Below are positions 18,639 through 31,800 of a DNA stretch of 64,000 nt, in pieces (position 1 is the stretch's first letter; the number at the start of each line of letters is the position of its first letter). The notes below the pieces were generated by a model, which saw nothing but the letters and a program-made list of their open reading frames with translations, was not told the DNA's origin and did no database searches. A program made the translations under genes and the position numbers. Source of the stretch: the human T2T-CHM13v2.0 reference genome, Homo sapiens. The stretch is taken from NCBI RefSeq assembly GCF_009914755.1, contig NC_060931.1; one strand, 5' to 3'.

Positions 18639-18848
18639 TGGGGATGGGAATTAGGGAGATATTGGTCAAAGGACACAAAATTTAAGTTAGACAGGAGGAA
18701 TAAATTAATGAAATCTATTGTACAATATGGTGACTATGGTTAATATCAATGTATTGTAGTCTTGAAAATTACTAAGAGAGTAGGTTTTACGTGTTCTCAG
18801 CATAAAAAAATAAGTTGTGGATAGTTCATATGTTAATTAGCTCAAAAA
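18639..18848 (+). mobile_element. L1MA-type 3'UTR fragment
   Basis: 'ggagatattggtcaaaggacacaaaatttaagttagacaggaggaataa' and 'cttgaaaattactaagagagtagg'. Confidence 0.75.
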
Positions 18849-19130
18849 ACTCCTACAAATGCAAGACACTTTGAATTCGGGTTATATGTCCAGTTTCATT
18901 AAAACATGATTCAATGATTTGCAGAAATATAGACAGTAAAAGAGGTTAAAAATGAAAGTAAGGAGATTTCAAAAATAGATAATGAACTGAAGCAAGTTTA
19001 TATGCCTCTCAAGATATCTCAGTTTTGCCTGTCTCCAAAATCTTGGACCAACCAAGTGACCTTGTTACTACTTTCTTCACTTTTTCTCCTAACATCTCTT
19101 TCTCAGTCTCTTCCAGGGTAAAGGATGGAC

Positions 19131-19634
19131 TTTGGTGTGTTCTCTTTTGTACATGCCTCAGTGAGATGCACAAAGCACAACTTGGTCAGATTCACAGAGG
19201 CTCTTGTCTCCTCTAACTCTTCCTGACTCAGGTGAAAAATCACCTCACGCAATCTGGTTTACCCAAGTAAAGGCCTGGGTAACAGAACCTAGAAGCCTGG
19301 GAAAGATAATACACTGTAGTGAACCAGAGATAGACAAAAGAATGAACAATTAATCCCTTTCATTTTCGCTGCCTGTGAAACTGTTCAAGATGGGGTGGGC
19401 TTATACATCCTGTCCGAAAAATGAGCCTTATGACCTTGAAACTGGCTGTGTTATATTTTTGAAGCTGTGGCCAGTTGGATAATGTATCAATTTGTATTTT
19501 CTCTTCTGCTCTGCCTTGCCTCACTTTTTCCTTTCCTTTCATTTCATTTCCTTTTTCCCAGTACTGCATTTCCAAATAAAGCCACTCACAATCTTTAATC
19601 AGGCTGTAAATTTTAAGAAATCTGGACCAAGACA
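19131..19634 (+). mobile_element. ERVL-class LTR (LTR16-like), 5' LTR
   Basis: AATAAA near 19575, ends 'ccaagaca', then a PBS-like 'gtttgctccaagagt' and gag-like sequence. Confidence 0.6.
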
Positions 19635-22390
19635 GTTTGCTCCAAGAGTATCCCACAAATGCAGATCTTCAGAGTGAGATTTTATTATTGGATTGCTCAC
19701 CTGTCTGTTGGTAAGTGAGATGACAATAACAAAGTGAAGATGATAATAACTTGACATGCAGTGGTACCACAATTATTAAACACTGGCCTATGGTTAATTG
19801 TGAACAAGGCTTGGGGAAATCAAATGGGTACATCATTTGATCACTGTGGAGACAATGATACTTATGAAGATTGTAATTTCAGATGCCTATTTTAATGACA
19901 TCAGAGATCTAGCAAAATAAAATAATAGGATCGATGCAGCTGCATAAAAGATGCTGTGAAAGCCAGAGATCTTCTGCAGTTTAAACGAGATTCTAATATG
20001 CTGCAGCTGCATAGCAGAAAATGCTTAAACTTAACTCCAGATTATAAGCATAAGGGTGTCATATCCTCAGTAGATATGAAATCGGAAGCATCTCTGATGT
20101 CAATGCCAGGATCATAATAGGAAAATTGATTAGAATGGAAATATTTGAGTAGAAGAGCCAAAGACTATGGAATCTCCAAGTTCCTCTTACCCCTCCTGGC
20201 TGGCAGAGGCAGTTCCTTACCACTTATCGGAGCCTCCTTTTTGCCAGTAGACCACACAAAGACCTCATTTGAGGTAGATATCAAATAAAATGTTGCTCTT
20301 CTTCTCACTCCACCAACACTTATTGTCTCCAGGCTAACCAGAATCAGGTTTCAGCACATCCCATGTAGGCTGAAAGACAATTCTCTAAATGTCAAAGAAA
20401 GAGGAAGCCTGGAAAATATGAACTAGCACACACAGATTGAAATGAATGCTCATGGATCCTGAAGGTGTTATAACAAGAGATGAAAATGTGGAAATTAAAT
20501 AGAAAAAAATTCATCGACAAGAAGGTATTCACCTATGACTTAGGATTGAAATGTTGGCAAAAATATCTGTAACTGGACATAATTTTCTGGAATCGCTTCT
20601 TGAAGCCTGGGTATAACAATCTAGAGCAAATGACATAGAGATGATATAAATTCTTTGACATTGTATTGAAGAAAGTCTCAGATTTTAGTAGATGAGTAAA
20701 TTCAGAATGAATCTACTCTGTAATAACTAAGAAGAATCAATCTTTCTATCTGTAGGTCCAGTAGGTCCAGAAGATACTTAAAAAAAAAATTAAGGTGGTA
20801 GGGAATGCCTTGACGAGGGAAGCATCTGAACTTTGAGAATTTCAGTGATGACTGACCTCTGCAGTCCAGAGGCAGGAGGAGGGACTGCCACGGAATTAGG
20901 GTATTTAATATCAATAGGGATAATGGGATTCCAGGAAAGCATAGCCCGAAGAGCAGAACATAGCTGTGAGAAGCAAGGAAGGCGTAATTACTTCAGGCAA
21001 TAATGTTTTTTTCCTACAGGAGATAAGATGATGGTTAATCAATCATGATGTTCCTAGGAGTTTGACAGATAGACATCTGGCAAGGATATCCTTCCATTTG
21101 TGTAACAAAATGGTCAAGGTCTGGCAAGAAGAAAGTTAACAGTCCTGCAGTGAAAAATTATAGGCTCCCACTCTTTTGAATACTTAAGTCAGTTTAGAGA
21201 CCAAGGCCCACTGATTGAAAGGAAGCCTACAACACTTGAGGGAGGACCCTACTGTGCCACCACAAGTATTTATGAAAGAAATAGTCCTCCAGTTTTCCCC
21301 AAAGTGAGTACAGGCATTTCCCAGGGTAACCACCAAGTGGGAAGAATGGATTACTGAAGTTTTTAAGGATTGCTAGAGACTGTCATGCGCCAAGAAAGAT
21401 AGAATGGAACCAAACAAATCTTCAAACAAAAGCCAATCAATCAATCCAACAGCAAACAAAAATCCCTCTCAGTTCTGTTGCTAGAATGGAGTTTATGAAT
21501 AACAGGTGACAAATGGAGTTTTTCAAGTCATTCTGACAGTTGGTCCAGCAGGTCCATGGAAAACCATGGTGTTACTCCTCTTGTCCTTGAATGCATAATT
21601 GGAATATATATACCACCATCTGGAAGGATTCTCATATCTTGTATTGGTTAGCTGACTTGAATATGGTAGGAATAGTCAAATAAAAGATCCTAAAATTACT
21701 TCCTATATATTCACTGGTCACAGAGAATAAATTAGGAGCAATATTGCATACTTTGGGTAGTTGCAGAAATTAGCATCACTATTAAAAGAATTGAAGGCAG
21801 CTTTGCACAATGTCTCATACTTGTAATCCCAACAATTTGGGAGGCCAAGAGGGAAGGATTGCTTGAGGGGAGGAGTTCGAGACCAGCCTGGGCAACACAG
21901 TGAGACCCCATCTCTACAAAAATTTTTTTAAAATACCTGGCATGGTGTCATGTGCCTGTAGTCCCAGCTACCTGGGAGGCTGAGGTGGAAGGATCACTTG
22001 AACCTGAAAGTTGAGGCTGCAGTGAGCCATGATCTTGTCACTTCACTCCAGCCTGGGTGATAGAATGAGACCCTGTCTCAAAATGTAAAAAGCATTAAAA
22101 GATGCAAGGTAGTTGGTCTCTACCATGTCTCTATTCAAATTACCGATTTAATATTTGCAAAATTCAGATGGCAGTAATCTACTATATATTACCTAGGTCA
22201 TGCCCCAATCGTAGCTACTGTACTAGATGTGATAACTTTACTACAGCAAATCAACACATATCCTAGTACTTGATATTGTGTTGGCAATTTTGTCCTTCTC
22301 TGTCCCTATCAATAGGGAGGATCAAACTATTTATTTTTATATGACATGGGCATTATGTATTCAATTAGCCTCATAATTATATTAACTCCA
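19635..22390 (+). mobile_element. ERVL internal gag-pro-RT remnant
   Basis: Degenerate ERVL motifs in the expected order: WIL(R/K)V (~20452), GPED (~20764), ECIIGI (~21589), AEIS..I (~21762), QQINT (~22244) and YINSP (~22378-22390). Confidence 0.7.
21799..22091 (+). mobile_element. AluJ
   Basis: Dimeric Alu with 'ggattgcttgag', 'cctgggcaacacagtgagacc' and 'gaggctgcagtgagccatgatc'; inserted in the ERVL pol region. Confidence 0.9.
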
Positions 22391-22790
22391 TAGGTCTCCT
22401 AACTGTCAGATCAGGATAGAAGTCCAGGTTCCCTACCTGGGAAATATTTTTAGCACTCATTTTAATATCAAAATAAATATTTGTCTTTTCTGACTGTTAC
22501 TTATCTGACTATTACCATTGAATTTGGGTCTTGGTGTTGAATTATCAGTTTATTAATTCTCCAAATCACATTAAACTATAAAAGTATGTTGTGAACAATT
22601 GGTTATTATCTAATTGGTTATTACAAATATACAGAATAAAGATTAACTTCATAATTGATATTTCATAAATTTGGATGACCTTAGTAATGCCCACGAATAT
22701 ATCCCAAAACAAATAAGAAAATACTTGTACATTTCTCACTTGTTTTGTGTTTGTATGTTGCCTATGTTGTTCTTTTTCTGAAAGCTGGAT

Positions 22791-23230
22791 TGTCAGTTGT
22801 AAACGTGGCACCTCCATAAACCCCTTCTAAGGCTGGGAACTACATTTCCCAGAATCACCTCCCCTGTATGGTTTTGGGTTGGTTTGCCAATCAGAGAAAT
22901 TCACAACATTTAGAAGATAGCAGTGAAAAAAAAAGGCCCTTGTTCCTGTGGCAGTCAAATGCATGACTTGACTTAACAGACTTCTCTATGAGCTCTCACC
23001 GTATGGTCATGGCAGGCAGGCATAATGCCTTCTTGGGCTTCATCACCAAATCTGGCTTCTGGTTGACATCAGTGATTGATTGATTGCTTCTCCAGTTCTG
23101 TGGTGCTGGCTTACAGACCTTTGTTTTCCCACCTTTTCCCACTTCATAAGTTCTGGTTCCTACATTAAATAACCTATTATCATAATTCTGGTAGTGGCTA
23201 TATTTTCCTTAGTAAATGATGACTGATAAT
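22791..23230. mobile_element. Old ERVL-type LTR (LTR33-like)
   Basis: 'gggaactacatttcccagaatc' and 'gtagtggctatattttcct' motifs; boundaries approximate. Confidence 0.45.
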
Positions 23231-25841
23231 AGGGAAGAAAAATAAACATTAAAATTTTGGGATCCATAGAGAAAGTTTAAATTTAAAGAATAGAAAAATT
23301 ACTAAAATAAAAGAAAAATCATTTAAAAATGTACAAAATGGAGTGGTTTAATGAAAAATAATATTTTACCTGGACTGCGAAACCCAGAATAAAGACTGTC
23401 TTAAACTTAAGTAATAATGTAGATACAAATATTATTAATAAATACCACCAGGTGGATGTATACCAATGATTTCAATAAAAGATATCATTAAACCAGAGAT
23501 AAATTGTTTGTGAAAATGAATAAAGTTTAGAACATACCCTGAGAATATAACATGATAATCATGAAAAAAGAATAACCCTAAAAGACTGAGAGTCTAAAGG
23601 TAACTAGAAGAACCCAAGTGTATAACCCCTTGTATTTTTGTATATAAATTACATGGGAGAAATTCCACTATTTACCGTAGTCCTAGATACTTTTTTTGCC
23701 CTGGCCCTTATCATTTCTTTTTAAAGTTATTTCCTCAAAGAGGAAAAGTTGAAGGCAGCCCTTAAAGAGGGAATCAAGAAAATAACAATTGATTCTGAAG
23801 TCAAGGAACTGAAGATGTATAGGTTCACAGATTGGTTGGTCACATATCAATTAATTATACTTTTTATTTAAAGTAAGTTTTATACCAAATGTAGGACTAA
23901 AGACAAACTATATATGCAGATTATAAAACTCTGAGAGTACATGAAATGTTAAAAGTGCTGTAAATTTGCTAAGCATTACTAGTATCATCTTTGGAACAAC
24001 TCTTTAGAAGAAAAAAGTGGCATTATTATAAGCAAAAAGTGGATTTTTTATGGCTATTATATATATTAAAATTTTTCTCAAATTGTTTCTTTTTATAATG
24101 GTCTATGTTAAGGCCTCATAATTTATTGAAAAGTTCAACTGACATAACCTCAAAAGTGCTTTAAAATGAATTAAGAAAAATGAAATTAATGCACATTATT
24201 TGCATGTAATGGATTTAGAAAAGCCACGCTCATATAGTTTTTTATCCGTTATAAGTCAATACAGACCATCAATATTTTGACCAGTGAGCTACACCATACA
24301 GCAATTCCAGGCTCATTTACCCTGGCACCCAACATAGTTCAAATTCCACTTTCCATGGAAACATATTTCAAGTTTTACTCTCCAAGGGAAAACCAACACA
24401 TTTGAATGTTAACTTCAACCAAGCCAAACCAGAAAATAAATTTGCTTTAGAAAATTCAGTATTCTTCAAGTCAAACCTGTATGACACAGGAATATCCCTG
24501 ATGTTATAGATTATCTCTGTCATCACTCTACTTACTTAACTAGGAACAGGAAGAGAGGGTTGACTGAAATCACATTTTTACCCATAGAACAGTACAGCAT
24601 TTTAAATCATATTTCTCAAGGGCCTTTGCAAAGTTATCATCTTTAGAAGTTGGCAGTCAAGTTAACTTGAACTCACTCAAATGTGAAATGTATTGAATAA
24701 TTAAGTATCTATTCATTGCTGACAAGAACACTGAGTTTGTATGTACAAAATAAGTGAAAAAATAGACCAGTAGTAGAAAAATAGCCAACTGTAGCAGAGT
24801 TCACTTAATGTGTCTCTACTCTTGCTGCGCTAGTTATATTTGTATGCTAACCTCTTGGGGATTACATCTTAATAGAGATGTTAACCTCTACTAAAGAATG
24901 TTAAATGTATTGACTCTTTTATTCATTATTTTGTCTCCCCTCAGATACAATTTATAAAAAGTTGATCATTTCAAGACGGTGAAGTTGGTATTGAAATAGG
25001 AAATAGAAATCCGGTATTCACTGGATGCATGAAATCACCATAGAAATATGCTCAGAATACTATAAAATATTCTGGTCAGAAAGACTGTAGCCAAAGAGAC
25101 ATCAAAAGCAACAGCATCTAGTGCAATTAGTATAAAACGGTACTGAAAATCTATCAATAAAAATTAATGTATCAGCTGTGTAATTAATAAGCAAAGAGGT
25201 AGACATTATCCACCTACTGCTCTTATAAATTAATTTTGCAAATTGAAGCAAAACCAACAATTTGTACTGGGAAATTTATTTGTTACTAACAACATGCCAC
25301 TAGTTCAAGAGTTGCTATATCATGCAAAAAATCCCTATAACTAATCCGTCTCTTGTTCAACTCTAGCCTGAAAATGGATGAATGTGTCATGAGCTTCAAA
25401 ACCCTTCTCTAAGAACTAGGAGCATCCCAAGAAATTATACAGTCTCATTTGGAACAAAATGAAAACTCAGTCCACCTAAGAGTTTCTCAGACATTTGACC
25501 TTTGTGTCTGCAGGAAATAAAAAAATTGAAACAGCATTTGTACTCTGTAATTGGTCCAACCTTAATGGAAGGTATTCACTGAGCAGAACACTAAGACAAG
25601 CTTTTGGTAAATGGCACATTACTTTATAAAGAGCTCTGCTCAAGGCAATTTATTTGAAACAGGGAGGCTTATTTAAAGCTACCACTTGGAATTGTGTAAA
25701 ATCAAATCAATTTCATAGTTTCTTTAATTTTATTGACTTTCTTCAGCTTTTATATTTTGTACATTTGAAATAACGAAAACATTTGTGAGACATATCAATT
25801 TTAACTCCACTTTAAACTTAACTTTATCCTTTGAGTTTCTT

Positions 25842-25942
25842 TGTAAATGACGAGTTAATGGGTGCAGCACACCAACATGGCACATGTATACAGATGTAAC
25901 AAAATTGCACGTTGTGCACATGTACCCTAGAACTTAAAGTAT
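25842..25942 (+). mobile_element. ~100-bp L1PA 3'-terminal fragment
   Basis: 'tgtaaatgacgagttaatgggtgcagcacaccaacatggcacatg...cctagaacttaaagtat'. Confidence 0.92.
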
Positions 25943-26332
25943 TATATATATATATATATATATGAAAAGGTTTGTTTTCATATATATATATATATATATG
26001 AAAAGGTTTGTTTTCATATATATATATATATATGAAAAGGTTTGTTTTCATATATATATATATATATATGAAAAGGTTTGTTTTCATATATATATATATA
26101 TATGAAAAGGTTTGTTTTCATATATATATATATGAAAAGGTTTGTTTTCATATATATATATATGAAAAGGTTTGTTTTCATATATATATATATGAAAAGG
26201 TTTGTTTTCATATATATATATATGAAAAGGTTTGTTTTCATATATATATATATATGAAAAGGTTTGTTTTCATATATATATATATATGAAAAGGTTTGTT
26301 TTCATATATATATATGAAAAGGTTTGTTTTCA
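25943..26332. repeat. Compound minisatellite: 12 x GAAAAGGTTTGTTTTCA separated by (TA)nT
   Basis: Cores end at 25980, 26016, 26050, 26086, 26120, 26150, 26180, 26210, 26240, 26272, 26304 and 26332. Period 28-36 bp. Confidence 0.97.
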
Positions 26333-27083
26333 CTCTGAATATAGCAATAGAAATCATTGTACCAGAGAGTACTCTGACAAATTTTCAGCATTTAATGAGA
26401 ATGTGGGCAGGAAGTCAAATAACTTGTTCTTCCTGTAGGAAGGTAAAGATTATTATATTATTGGGCACTTGTGTTTACAATGGAAAGTCCAGAATAAAGG
26501 AGGCCTCAATATGCTCTGTGGAACACACTGTGCTAGAAAGAATGGCAGCAAATTTTATGGCAGATTTTGCCACAAGACCTCAATGTGTATTACGCCTTGG
26601 AACTAGATCAGCTTTGGAATTCAAACACTTCCTCATTTCCATCTCTCAACATTGGATTATCATTGCCCTGCAACGAATATTCCATTTGCCTTCATTTGTA
26701 GTTGCAGGATATTTCCTGGTAATCATTACATTTCTTGTAACCATAAAATAAGTACCAAATAATATCTGATAAGAACTTTGCTTCATTTTTTTCCTGCTAG
26801 AATCAAAATTTAGAGAAGCAAAGCATCAGAATCCATTTCCAAAATTTGATTGGTACCACTCAGTACAAAGACCCATATTCCATTGTAATGTTGATATTTT
26901 CATCTGTTTTTGTATCATGTGTATCTGCTTTATAATTTCCCTGCATTCTCAAGTATTAATTTTCAAATGATTTTTAACTTATTACTTCTGAATTGAAACA
27001 CAATTGTTTTCATTTTGTCTACATGGATTTATAGCTTCATATAGTTGCAATCACAAAATTTTATACTTTTAGTAAGATTATAT

Positions 27084-28130
27084 TCATCCAACAAGGGACT
27101 ATATCCGGAATATACAAGGAACTCAATGCAACACCAAAAAAAGTAAATAATCCCATTAAAAAGCGGGCAAAGGGTTGCAATAAGCATTGTTCAAAAGAAG
27201 ACATACAAATGGCCAACAAGTACATGAAAAAATGATCAGCATCACTAGTCATCAGGGAAATGCAAATCAAAACCACAGTGAGATAGAATTACACCACAGT
27301 TAGAATGGCTATTATCAGAAAAAAAAATAACAGATTCCGGCAAGAATACAGAGAAATGGGAACTCTTATGCACTGTTGATGGGAATGTAAATTAACACAA
27401 CTATTATGGAAAACAGTACATAGATTTCTCAAAAAACTACAAATAAAACTACCATATGATTCAACAATCCCACTACTGGATGTTTATCCAAAGGAAATGA
27501 AGTCAGTGCATCAAAGAGCTACAGGCACTCCCATGTTTCTTGCAGCACTATTCATAACAGCAAAGATATGGAATCTACTTAAGTGTCCATCATCTGATGA
27601 ATGAATAAAGAAAATGTGGCATATATTTACAATGGAATACTATTTGGCCATAAAAAGAATGAAATCCAGTGATTTGCAGTAATAGGAATAGAACTGGAGG
27701 TCATTGTGTTTAGTGAAACATGCCAGGCACAGAAGACAAATATTGCTTGTTCTCACTCATATGTGAGATCTAAAAAAGTTTGTTCTCATGGAGGTAGAGT
27801 GTAGAATGACATTTACCTGTGGATAGAAAGGGTGTGGTGATGGGGGGATGAAAAAAGGTAGGAAAATGGATGCCGACATACAGTTAAATAGAAGGAATAA
27901 GTTCTAATGTTCAATAGTACAACAGGATAACTATAATTACAACATATTACACATTTCAAAATAGCTAGAAGAGATTTTAAATGTTCCCAACACATAAAAG
28001 TGCTAAGTGCTCAGGGTGACTGATATCCTAAATACCCTGACTTGATCATTATACATTATATGCATGTAACAAAATATCACATGTACCCCATAAACATGTA
28101 CAAGTATCATGTATCCATAGAAAAAAGTAA
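27084..28130 (+). mobile_element. L1MA-type 3' end (ORF2 C-terminus and 3'UTR)
   Basis: 'gaaatgcaaatcaaaaccacagtgaga' and 'ccctgacttgatcattatacattatatgcatg', followed by an A-rich end. Confidence 0.9.
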
Positions 28131-28189
28131 AATTCAAGCTAAAAGGATTATGTGTTAAATATTTTCTATTTTCACATTGCTTTAACAAA

Positions 28190-30050
28190 AAAGAGTGCAC
28201 AATGATCCATTGTATTTATATACCTGTATCATAATTTAGTTAACTGTTTCTCTTCTGTGGAACAAATAGGTGGCTTAAAATTTATGCTGCTGCATTTAGA
28301 CTTTCAAGAAATACATATATATTCTCTTCATGCTTTGCTTCTTTTTTCTGATAAATATTTTTAGAATATAGGTCACCAAGAATGAGACTGAATAGTAGTA
28401 TGAAAATTTTGAAAATTTAGATACGTATTTTATCATTAATTCTGATTTTTTATCATAAACTAATATTTAATATTTTAAACTATAAAATATATACAATATG
28501 AAAATAATAAAACTAACATCTAATTAAATACCACTGAGAGTTAATTGAATAAATTATAACACTGCCATATTTGATTCATATCTCTGTTTTTCTTTTAAAA
28601 TAAAATCTTAGAAATGCTAGGGTCAGCTTTCCAACCCTTCATATGATTGCCTTCAACTTAAGTTCCACTCTGAAAATGGTACTATCATTCCCAGGCATGC
28701 TTTTGTGTTTTACCAGATTTGTATGTATCCATAAATAATATAAAGTACTGTTTAAAGAGTTTAAATATGCATATATTTTAACATATTAGTATCATGTTCT
28801 TTCTTCTTTTTTATTTTTACATAAATTTTTTTGAGTTCTATTCATGTTTTTTTCAGTAGTTATAATTCATCTATTTTAACTATTTAGTAGTTTATTGCAT
28901 GTTTATTTGTCCGTTTTCATAGAGTATTTCATAGCATGTTTACCCATTTTCATGCATATGTCTTTTTGATTTTTATTCTATTACAAACTAATTTGGTAAT
29001 GATCTTGTTTCTGTTTGTAAGCTTGTGCATTTGTACAAGAGGTTCTTCATGATTCATACTTAATGTAATTGCTTGGTTCCTTTTTACCCATGATCTCCCT
29101 TGGTGTTATTGGATCTAGTACACTTGCCAATTGAGATAATATGAAATTGTATTCCATTTTAGTTTTAATTACATTTCCATGATTACTGCTGAGGTTTAGC
29201 ATCTTTTTGAGTATTACGGAATTTAGTTTACTCCTACGTGCATTACATTTTCATAATTTTGCCCAGTTTTTCCTTGGGTTGTTTTTATTTTCTTACTGAT
29301 TCCAAAGGTATCTGTAAATTATTGAAATGAATTATTTTAGTATTGTGCTTTTCAGCTTTTCTTTTCACTTTAATTGTGCATTACATCATATAAAAGTTTT
29401 CATTTTAATGTAATCTTAGTTGTAAATCTTTTTAAATTTGGTTTGTTTTTCCTGTTATTTTTTTAAAAATCATTTCTCTCCCCTAACATCTAACAAATAT
29501 TTTTCACTTCTGTTTTTTCTATAAATTTTCAATTTTGCTTTTCACACTTATGAAATTACTTGGTAATTATTCAGTTACTAATTAACCTTGTTACTTGGTC
29601 AATTTTGCCAACATTTTGAGTTATTTTAAAATAAAATATTTTGGTGTCTTTAATCTCTATTTTAAAGTTTCTATTTAATTACCTCTTGCTCTTTAACTTT
29701 GTTTTATTTGTTTATCTTCTTTACCTTCTCTATTTTCTTCTAATTTCTTGAGTTGGAAAACTTCAAGAAATATTCAATATTTATTTTTTTCTGATGTAAG
29801 CATTTCATGCCAGTTTTGTGAAACTATTGCTTTATACACATTTAACAAATTTGGACACATTGTATTTTCATTGTTATTAGTTCAAAATGTATTTTAATCT
29901 TTATTATTAATATAACTCCTTATCTGGTCTGTGAATTTTTTGGAAGATTATACCTGATTATATTTTAACCCAAATACATTGGGAAGTGTGTGTTAACTTT
30001 CTATTAATTTCTAACTTTTAAATATAACTAAACTTTGATTACTTCTTTGT
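28190..30050 (-). mobile_element. Highly degraded L1ME-type fragments
   Basis: T-rich, with scattered antisense L1 motifs ('ttttaattacatttccatgattactgctgaggtttagcatc', 'ttctaatttcttgagttgga'). Confidence 0.5.
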
Positions 30051-30060
30051 GACCCAAGAG

Positions 30061-31800
30061 AGTGATGTCACCAAAATGGTGGAGTTGGGTCTTGTGTGGT
30101 GGCTCACACCTGTAATGCCAGCCCTTTGGGAGGCTGAGGCTGGCAGATCACTTGAGGCCAGGAGTTCGAGACCACCCTGGCCAACATGGCAAAACTCTGT
30201 CTCTACTAAAAATTAAAAAAAAAAAAAATTAGCTGGCCCATCGTGGTGCACGCCTGTAATCCCATCTACTTGAGAAGCTGAGGCACGAGAATCGCTTGAT
30301 CATGGGAAGCAGAGGTTAAAGTGAGCTAAGATCGCACCACTGCACTCCAGCCAGAGTGACAGAGCGAGACTGTGTCTCAAACCAACAATGACAACAACAA
30401 CAACAACAACAAAATGGTGAAGTAGAAGTAATCTGCTTTCACCCTCCCCACAGAAAACAAAACAAAACAAAATCCTGTCCAGTGCCAAAATTATCACCAC
30501 CAGTACTCCAGAACTCAAAACTGAGGCTGTGATAATCCTTGAGCCACAGGGAAGTAAACTGCATGGGGAGGGTAGAAGAAATGGACTTTTCCATGTGCTA
30601 CATGCTTCCTCCAAACTATCAGGCACTTCACAGAAAAGTTCTCCTGGAGTCACTATCTCTGGAAAATGCGATGTTGCAGCAGACAGCTGGTTTCCCCATC
30701 ATCTTGGGTTCCTACACAGAAAAGCTGTTTTTTCTTCAACCCACTTAAAGCAACTTGAGTGCCTTTAGGGAGAGGAACCCCTAAAAGGCTGCTGGAAATA
30801 GACAGTGGAGGTGGGGTTAGCAGTCCCAGTGCACAAAACATGGGCACTGCTCTCCAGCTCAGACAAAGGAGATGCCAAATCAAAGAGGTAGTGCAACACT
30901 TGGCATGAACCCCTAACCAGCCTCTCTACACAGCCAGGGAATCCCCTTTGGGTTCCTACCCCCGACCCCAATTCAGGACAAATGGCACATCAAACTTTTG
31001 TAAAAGCTGAGGCAAACTTGAAATTAGGGCACCATGTAGTGCCAAGAAGGAGGCAGCAAATTAGGAATAAGGGAAATCAACAGTCAAACTGCATAGATAC
31101 TCTAAACATACATAGACTAGAAAGGCCAAACTAACCCAGACAGGAAAGCTGGGAATACATAACTAATCCTTCAGTGCAAAGACATAAACAACATGTGTCC
31201 ATTAGAAACAGGTGTCCATTAGAAACAACAGCAAACAAGGAATTATGACCTTCCCAAATGGACAAAGCCAGGAGCCAGTGACCAACCCAATGAGACAGCA
31301 ATATAAGAACTCTTAGATCAATAATTCAAAATAACAGTTTTGAGGAAACTCAGCAAACTCCAAGATAAAGCACAAAAGCAATTTATCAGAAAAATTTAAC
31401 AAAGAGGTTGAAATAATTAAAACAAACAAACAGAATCTTGGAAATGAGGAAAACATTGGCTGAAATGAAAAACTCATCAAAAGGTCTCAACAGCAGAATT
31501 GATCAAAAATAATCAGTGAGATTGAAGATAGGCTATTTGACAACATACAGAGGAGAAAAAAAAAAGAAAGAAAAGGAAGGAAGAATGCCTATGAGATACA
31601 GAAAATAATCCCAGAAGAGCAAATCTGAGTCATTGTCTTTCAAGAGTGAGGTGAGAAAGAACAAGGAGTAGAAAGCTTATTCAAAGAAATAGTAACAAAA
31701 ATCTTTCTAAACCTACAGAATGATATACATATCCAGGTACAGGCAGGTCAGAGATCACCAAACAGATGCAACCCAAACAAAACTACCCCAGGCATATAAT
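30061..31800 (+). mobile_element. Old L1 (L1M2/M3-type) 5'UTR and ORF1 remnant
   Basis: 5' 'gtgatgtcaccaaaatggtggagt'. ORF1 remnants FKITVLRKL, RANL, VESLFKEI and IQVQ.GQRSP. Confidence 0.8.
30088..30410 (+). mobile_element. AluS with (CAA)n tail
   Basis: Dimeric Alu. Imperfect TSD aaaatggtggagttg (30073) / aaaatggtgaagtag (30411). Confidence 0.92.

Noticed and set aside
25943-26332. CRISPR-like array (palindromic constant repeat with spacers)
   Set aside because: The spacers are just (TA)n rather than unique sequences, there are no cas genes, and the context is primate. It is a minisatellite.
25824-26751. Repetitive ORFs (MKTNLFIYIY..., EKVCFHIYIY...)
   Set aside because: Translation artefacts of a stop-poor tandem repeat.
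31195-31227. Short direct duplications (also 1573-1595 and 48066-48108)
   Set aside because: Ordinary slippage duplications with no sign of function.
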